Assembly (NCBI RefSeq): GCF_009914755.1
Contig: NC_060930.1
Source: the human T2T-CHM13v2.0 reference genome, Homo sapiens
DNA: 64,000 nt
Reading direction: 5' to 3' (one strand)
Shown: positions 57,033 through 64,000 of the stretch, one piece after another
Layout: the number at the start of each line of letters is the position of its first letter
How positions within the stretch are numbered: position 1 is the first letter of the stretch
Made by a program: the position numbers and the translations under genes
Notes under the pieces: generated by a model
The model's database searches: none
What the model saw: only the letters and a program-made list of their open reading frames with translations
What the model was told of the DNA's origin: nothing

Positions 57033-59311
57033 TATCCGTAACAAATAAGACTCATATCTTTTCTGACTATCATGATCATAATATATTGTTAAATTCTTAA
57101 ATTGTTATATTGTTATAACTTATTATAATCATTTTACTTGGTATTATGAGCTCATTTTTGCTATCATTGAGACACCTATCTTCTATTACAATACAATTTT
57201 CTTATTGTAATAATTTTGTAAGCATTGTCCTGGTCATTTGGTGACCTTGAGTATTGTAAAATTTCTGATGTAGTGAAGCAATTACAGTTGGCAAATGAGG
57301 CAGATACTGAATTACAGAACTTCTCACTCAGGAGCCTACGCTGAAGGTAACCGATTTACCATTCCTGAGACTAACAGTCCAGTCCTGACAGAACTCAAGT
57401 CAACAGGTCTTGCCCACCCGTTTATAACAATGGCGTTTTCATGAATCAGAATTTCAGATTGAACCTGATGAAAACAAGTAATCAATATCTTTGCATCCTA
57501 TTGTTTCAGTGTTCTAGTGGGTTGGCTAAATGGGCCAATTAGAATAACACAATGCAAATTTCCTGCTTGATATAAAAGTCTTTTTTAAACAGCTTCAGTT
57601 TATGCTAAATAATAAAAATAGTGAAAAGGAAATTTTCAAACTATATGATGAAGACTTCAAGAGCCTTACATTCCTTCCTTATTATTATTAGTTTTGTGAC
57701 CATATGATGGACACTGTGATCTAAGTCCTAAATCCATTATGCCACATTCCGTAAATGTAGGCATATAAAGTATTCTGTCATCTGTAGTTATTTCAAACTG
57801 CATTCAATATCTTGGTTCCCAAGTGCATTGGATTTTATTAAAAGCATTCTGCTGTAACATCCATTCTTCCCAATTGGTTTACAGATTGCCCCTACCATTC
57901 AGGCAAACCCTAATTGCATTTTCCCACAAATCTCGTTTGATTTATGGTCTCTTGTTTGCTTTATATTATTTATAATAAATTGAGGTAAAATTCTTAAAAC
58001 ATGAAATAAAATTTATAATATTTTCTCTTCTACAAATATGGAACTTACCTAAGGATTTTCAGAGTCGTTTTGCTTGTTTTAAAAGTTGTTTAGACAAGCT
58101 ACAACCATCTGCATGGTTTCCAATAATAAGTTCTTTATTACCATCCCAGAATTAATTATATTTCGCTTGATTTTTTTTATGTACAGATGTTTAGGATTAT
58201 ATGGAATAAATTATGTATAGAATATAAAAATGGTATGTCCTTCTATAAAGCTTAGGTGGTTACACATGTCATATGTACCTGGAACAGAAAAAAATATTAT
58301 TTCAGCAGTAGTGACAAAGCATCTGCATAAAATTCAGTGCCACTGATGCACCGAGACAGCTAATTGAGAACATTCTTGCTTCTGTTACAAGTTCCGGCTT
58401 TTGAGATGCCAAGAGTTAGTTTAGAATGGATCTATAGCAGATCCCAAAAAGTATAAAGTGTTTAAAAATAAGTAAATAGCAGAAATATAAAGACAGAGGA
58501 TACCAGAGACTTAAGAAGAGAATTTCTCACTGTCAAGTGATTACATATCACCATGGATTATTTTGTAAAGTTCTCTTCTAAATAAAGGCTTTCCATGGAA
58601 GTGCAGGCATGGAATCATTTCTGTAGGGTACATGAAAATTTATTGAAAGGAAGAAGTATAAGTTATCTATATCGATTTATGAATAGCCTTCTAAGCTTTG
58701 TTAGAAATGTGTCTATTCAGTCAAAAGTTTGAACATTAAGAATTTTGAGCTGAGAATCAGAAAGATTGGAGTATATTCAGTATAAGAGACAAAAAGAAAA
58801 GAGAAATTGATTTTTTGAGAAGTGCAAAGACAAAAGGGGGAAAGATGGATGATCTCAACAAATTTTAGACCAACTCAGTAAGTGGGAGGCTTATTATCAA
58901 CAGTAAAAATAACTATGTGACTTCTAGAAAAACTCAGAAAGGGTGGTTAGTGGATGATTAGCAAACAAAATATCTAAATAATGGTTGTAGTTGAGTTTCT
59001 TAAATGGGGCTTTGGGACTTTCCTCTTCACTAGAATAGTAAAGAGGCCCCAACATCTGCAGTGCCAGTGGAGACCTCACGAGGAGCTTGGGCTTGTTCCC
59101 CACTTAGTGACGAAAGAGTTGTCTCCTTCCCATTGGAGTTAAGTCAGAGGACTGCCTAGAGAGTCAGGAATTTCACCACTGCCCAGGGTAATGAGGCCAC
59201 ACTGTTTATGATGTCAGTGTGGACAATGGGGGAGCAGTAATGAGTCACTCCTGCCCCTTCCAGCCAGGAGGGCATCAGTGGAGGCCTAGTGGGTTCTGGA
59301 ATCTCCATCCC

Positions 59312-59383
59312 CACCCAGTATTAATAAGGCACTCCCTCCTCTGGGGTCACCCAGTATTAATGAAGCATTCTCTCCTCTGGGGT
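59312..59383. repeat. Two-copy tandem duplication, period 36 bp
   Basis: cacccagtattaat...ctcctctggggt twice. Confidence 0.88.
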
Positions 59384-60942
59384 CAGCAGACGCCAAGTAG
59401 AGTAATGAGACCTCTACCCCAACTTGGCAGTAATAAGGTAGCACCCTTCCCCCAACCTTTGCCAGAGAAATGTCAGAATAAGCAAGCTAAAACGGAAGCT
59501 TTAAGATCTCATAATATAATGTATCAAACATACTGGTTTCACAAGAAAATCAGTAATGACACCAAGAATCAGGAAGATCTCAGAGTGAATGTAAAAATAT
59601 AATCAACAGGTGCCAACAACAAGATAACAGAAATGTTAGAAATGTCTAGGGAAGAATTTTAAATTAGTTACTTCCAAAAATGCTTTTATGAATATTATGA
59701 CACCCTTGAGACAATGAAAGAGTGGAAAGTCTCAGAAAAGAAATAGACGATATAAAGATGAACCAAATAGAAATTGTAGAACTGAAAATACAACTCAAAT
59801 TAAATAAAAGCATATTTGGGCTCAACAGCAGAATGCAGTAGGCAGAAGGAAGAATCCACAAACTTGAAGATAGAGCAGTAGAAGTTACCCAATATGAACG
59901 ACAGAGAAAACAGGCTGGAAAAAGAAAAAGTTTCAGGGATCTGTGGCACTGTAACAAAAGATCTAACATTAATGTCATTGGAGTCTACAAGGAAAGGAAA
60001 AAGAAGCCAGGCCAAAGAAGTACTCAAAGAAATAATGACTGAAAACTTTCTAAATTTGGCAAGAGACATGAACCTACAGATTCACAAAGTTGAACAAACT
60101 TCAAACAGGATAAAAAGCAAAGAAATGCATGCAAAGGCACATCGTAATTAAACTTCTGAAAATTAAAGACAGAGAAAAATCGTGGCATAACTAAAAAAAA
60201 GTGGCACCTTATAAATAAGGGAAAGCAATGTGAATGAGAGTGGATTTATCATCCAAAGCCTTGAAGGGTAGATGGAAGTGGCACACTATTTTTCAAGTGC
60301 TAAAAGATAGAACCATGAACCTTAAATCCTACATCCAGTTAAAATGTAGTTTTGGAAATGCAGAAGAAATCAATAAAATTGGCCAACTTCTAGTAAGACA
60401 GACAAAGGAGAAACCGAAGACACAAATTACCAAATATCAGAAATGAAGAATGGATATCTTGAGAGACCCTCCAGACATCAGAAGGATAATACAGAAAAAA
60501 CACAAGCAATTCTACACTTGTAAGTTTAACTACTTAAATAAAACGGGCCAATTCCTCAGAAAATACATGTTACTGCAAGTCATCCAATAGGAAGCAGATT
60601 CTTTGAGTAGCTCTATAACTTTAAAGGCTATTACATTTGTAATAGAAAACTCCATATCAAAAGGTGACAGAATAAAAATCACAGAAGCATATTGACTGAC
60701 GCAGAAAAAAATTGAAAAAATTGAACATTTAGTTATAATGAAAAACTATCAGAAAAATAAGAATAGAGGGGGAAAGGTCATCAACTTGTTAAAGAGCATC
60801 TACAAAAAATTTTGCAACTTTATTCATAATAGCCAAACCCAGGAAGTAATCCATATGACCTTTAAAGGTGGATGGGTAGACAAACTGATGTATCCATGCC
60901 ATGGAATACCATTCACCATTAAACAGCAATGAACTGTTGATA

Positions 60943-61095
60943 TAGGTTGACAACCCCTTATCTGAAATGCTTGGGATTCAAAGTGTTTTGGATTTTTGAT
61001 TTTTTCAGCTCCAATAAGCATTTCCTGTGAACAACCATGTCAGCGCTCAAAAAGTTTCAGATTTTGGAGCTTTTCAGATTTTGATACTCAATCTG
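60943..61095 (+). mobile_element. Tigger4a/MER46A-type MITE, internally deleted, inserted at TA in L1
   Basis: TA|TAGGTTGA...ccttatctgaaatgcttggga...TACTCAATCTG|TA; the host L1 reads through. Confidence 0.85.
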
Positions 61096-63265
61096 TACAC
61101 ACAACAACTTATATGATTCTACAGAGATTTATGTGGAGTGAAAAAGGCCAATTCCAAAGGGTTACATGTTGTATGATTCTTGAAATAACAAAATTATAGA
61201 AATGAAGAGGACATAGTTGTTGCTAGGGGACGAAGGTTAAGGGGAAGAAAGAGTGTGGCTGTATAAGGGCAAATTGAGGGAACTTTGTGGTGGTAGAAAT
61301 GTTCTTGTCTGTATCAATGTCAATAACCTATTGTGATATAGTATCACAGTTTGTAGGATATTCCCATTCGGGAAAGCAACTAAAGGCTATGTGTGTTCTC
61401 TGTGTGTTATTTCTTACAACTGCATATGGATCTATGATTATCTTAACAAAAAGTTAAACAAGAAAAATAAAATAAAATAAATGAGGCTTTTGCTGACCAG
61501 TAATCAGTGTTCTACAATAACAATACACACACACATGCACATACATATTTGCACTATACACTGGCACTATTGCACATAATTTACTATAAATATTTGTTCA
61601 CACATTTATGCTCATTTAACTTGGTCAAATTTTCTTTCTTTAGATTGTATTATATCACTTTTTTGAGGGTGTTAAAATGGTGCCATATTGGTAGATGTTA
61701 CCATCTACCTTTTCTAAAAAAAAATAACTTTTTGGCAACATAAAAATTTGTCAATCATTTATCATTTCCAAAAAATGTGATTCAAGATTTACTCCTCCAT
61801 GAATTTCAGAAGTCCAGGAATCACAGTTCTACAGTTTCCATGATAGTAATATAGCTAAAACTGTTCTTTTTATGTAGCCTCCAGCTTAAAGAGCTGAACA
61901 AAATAGTTGTTAAATACATGTGGTTATTTGATAATTGAATGAATTTGACTGAAAATGGTGGCTATTAATTCTAATTCCAGAACAAATTCCTAATCTTCAA
62001 TAAGTAAAAGGAAATCTTCCTTCCTACTGGTAATACCCAATGCTGCCTCAATTACTCATATAATCATATACTGGGAGTAATGTGCTATGTAGTGGAGTAA
62101 ATTCTAAACTCTAATAAATGTGTGTTACCTCACTCTTCAACTCCACTTCAGCATTTAATCATTGTAATAAGGTATTTCTTAATACCACACTTAATTTCAA
62201 ATATAATCCTTTTATATATGTATTAGATACAATGTATTTTTCATATCTAATATGTGTATTGTATGTTTATTTATTGTATGTTATTTAGATATGTTAATAT
62301 ATTCATTAAAATTGGAGTTTTTAACAAAAATATTACAAATTAACATATAAAATAACTAAAAATATTAGGTTATATTATTTTGTCTATAGTTAGTATTAGC
62401 AAAGTAATAATGAATTTATTAAGCTAATATATAAAATGACTAGTATTTACCTTTTTTCAGTAAGCAGGGAAAAATAATCGTGTTTAGACTATATGTAAGG
62501 AACAGAATAGTACATTTATTTTCTAAATAGTTTACTTACTACTTTCAATTTTGTAATCTAATGAATTAGTTCCAATGTAAATACAGATTTAAAAGATGTA
62601 TTCATTGTAAATAACTCTATAGGGAATATTTCTTCTTCAATGAAAATTTCAGTTTTGGAGATGGAAGTTTCTCATCAGTTCTAATTTCTCACCTATTCTA
62701 ATGTTACTTTCTTGTGAATTCATGTTACCAAATGTATGCTGTACACACACATAGTAGGCCACCTTTTTCTCTTTCTACACTAATTTATTATTAGTTTTAT
62801 ATCATTTTAGTAGTTTTATTGTTAATATTCATAATGTGAGAACATATTCCACTATTTTCCATATATATAGAAAGATTGAAATGTTTTAAATTACTTCAGT
62901 ATTCCATAAAGTATATCAGACCCAAGATTAGAATTTATAAGTATTTGAAATTGTAAAAGTTTTAACATTCTAAGCGTAAGACACCTCTATTAAAATGTTT
63001 TTCACAAACATAATATCAGTTTTCTCTTCCCTCTAAAGTGATATTTTAAGAGACATTTTCTAGGAATGCTTTCTAAAGTAGCTTGAAATAAAGTAGACTT
63101 TTAATAGTGATTATAAAATAATTTTCTTTCCCAGGTGTTTGTATTAACAGATTTCTGTTGTCCCTTATTTGATAATGTGTTTTTATCTTCCAACATATTT
63201 ATACAAACTGAAATCTTTAAAAACAGAAAGTTCTTTTATTATGAATTTTTTTAGTATGTCTTAAA

Positions 63266-63297
63266 ACCTGATCCCTATTTTTTTTTTTCCAATTAAG
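63266..63297 (+). promoter_or_regulatory. 3' splice site: branch-point-like CTGAT, T11 tract, AAG acceptor
   Basis: acctgatccctatttttttttttccaattaag|gtg. Confidence 0.85.
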
Positions 63298-63432
63298 GTG
63301 AGAGGCCCTCCAGCTGCAGGGGCATTTAAAGAAAGACCAACCAAGCCCACAGCATTTCGAAAATTCTATGAGCGAGGTGACTTCCCAATTGCCCTTGAGC
63401 ATGATTCGAAAGGAAACAAAATCGCCTGGAAG
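63298..63432 (+). CDS. PACRG: PACRG internal coding exon (probably exon 2), 135 nt, phase 0/0, 45 aa
   Basis: Poly-T/pyrimidine tract and AG at 63296-63297; GTAAGT donor at 63433-63438. The open frame translates to [45 protein letters not shown], matching the PACRG protein as I recall it. It is absent from the ORF track because it is an internal exon. Confidence 0.96.
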
Positions 63433-64000
63433 GTAAGTCAGGGCACAGCTGTGCCGGCCAGCTGCACCCGCTGAAGTGACATCTCCCAATGCCAAACACA
63501 CTTGGCTGCTTAAGTAAATAAACTGGAGTCATTTCTCAGCACATGGAAGATGGTGGGAAAGCTCTTAGAGAAAGCCCCCCTGTGTCAGCCATCCACCTTG
63601 ACTAACAATTAAATTATAGCCTGCAAAGAAGAAAATGACAGAGTTGCTTTGCCTTAGAGAGTTGTCTGCTGCCCAATTCATCTCTATTTTTATGAGAACC
63701 TGGCAGCCCGGCCTGTTTCAGGCAGTCCATCAAATGATGGAACTGGTGGCTGGATACGGAGAGCAACAGCCATTTATCTCCCCCAGATTTCACCTTCCTG
63801 CAGGACACTTCCAAATGGAAGCTTTAATTACCTAAATGGATAGGTCAAGATTGTCTGCTCCCTGGAAATGCAGAGTAGAATACAAAAGCAGGCCGATCCC
63901 AATCCTGGCTCTCCTCTCCGTCCCCGCCTGTGTCAGCAAGCGCGATGGCTGTCACACGTGCCCTGTTAGAGGCTGACCTCCACCGCCAAAGCCATTACAG
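63433..64000 (+). other. PACRG: PACRG downstream intron (5' part)
   Basis: Begins with the consensus donor GTAAGT. Confidence 0.9.

Larger units (their letters stand above)
59000..61482 (+). mobile_element. Old L1M, heavily internally deleted (5'UTR, ORF1, ORF2 pieces, 3'UTR, A-rich tail)
   Basis: ORF1-like peptide 59894..60151 (KEIMTENFLNLARDMNLQIHKVEQTSNRI); ORF2-like gaaatcaataaaattggccaac; 3'UTR and (TAAAA)n tail. Confidence 0.85.

Noticed and set aside
63217-63532. Minus-strand ORFs overlapping the PACRG exon as an antisense gene
   Set aside because: Short, with no recognisable protein; best explained as shadow frames of the true + strand exon.

Overview
Human genomic DNA. A human-specific AluYb8 is present, along with primate Alu, L1PA and THE1 elements. 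The only recognisable coding sequence is a 135-nt internal exon at 63298-63432 (+), translating to [46 protein letters not shown] recognise this as PACRG (parkin coregulated, 6q26, head-to-head with PRKN), most likely coding exon 2. Positions 1-63297 are therefore part of the large preceding intron, and 63433-64000 is the start of the next intron. The intron is AT-rich and dominated by transposon fossils: L1 of many ages, L2, MIR, nine Alus, THE1D and MLT1 LTRs, an apparent two-LTR MLT1 provirus, a near full-length Tigger1, Tigger3a, Tigger4a, MER1B and a Tip100-type element. I recognise no host gene among the ORF-track entries; many are repeat-derived. I see no evidence of a new gene system. 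The most unusual observations are: (1) an apparent pre-tRNA-Glu/L1 chimeric retro-insertion enclosed by one candidate target-site duplication (TSD); (2) a very young AluYb8; (3) AG|GT recursive-splice-like junctions, including the exon start itself; (4) two non-tandem local duplications; (5) a CpG-enriched patch next to paired AP-1/CNC-sMAF motifs. Repeat subfamily names and boundaries come from recognition by eye and need RepeatMasker/Dfam confirmation.
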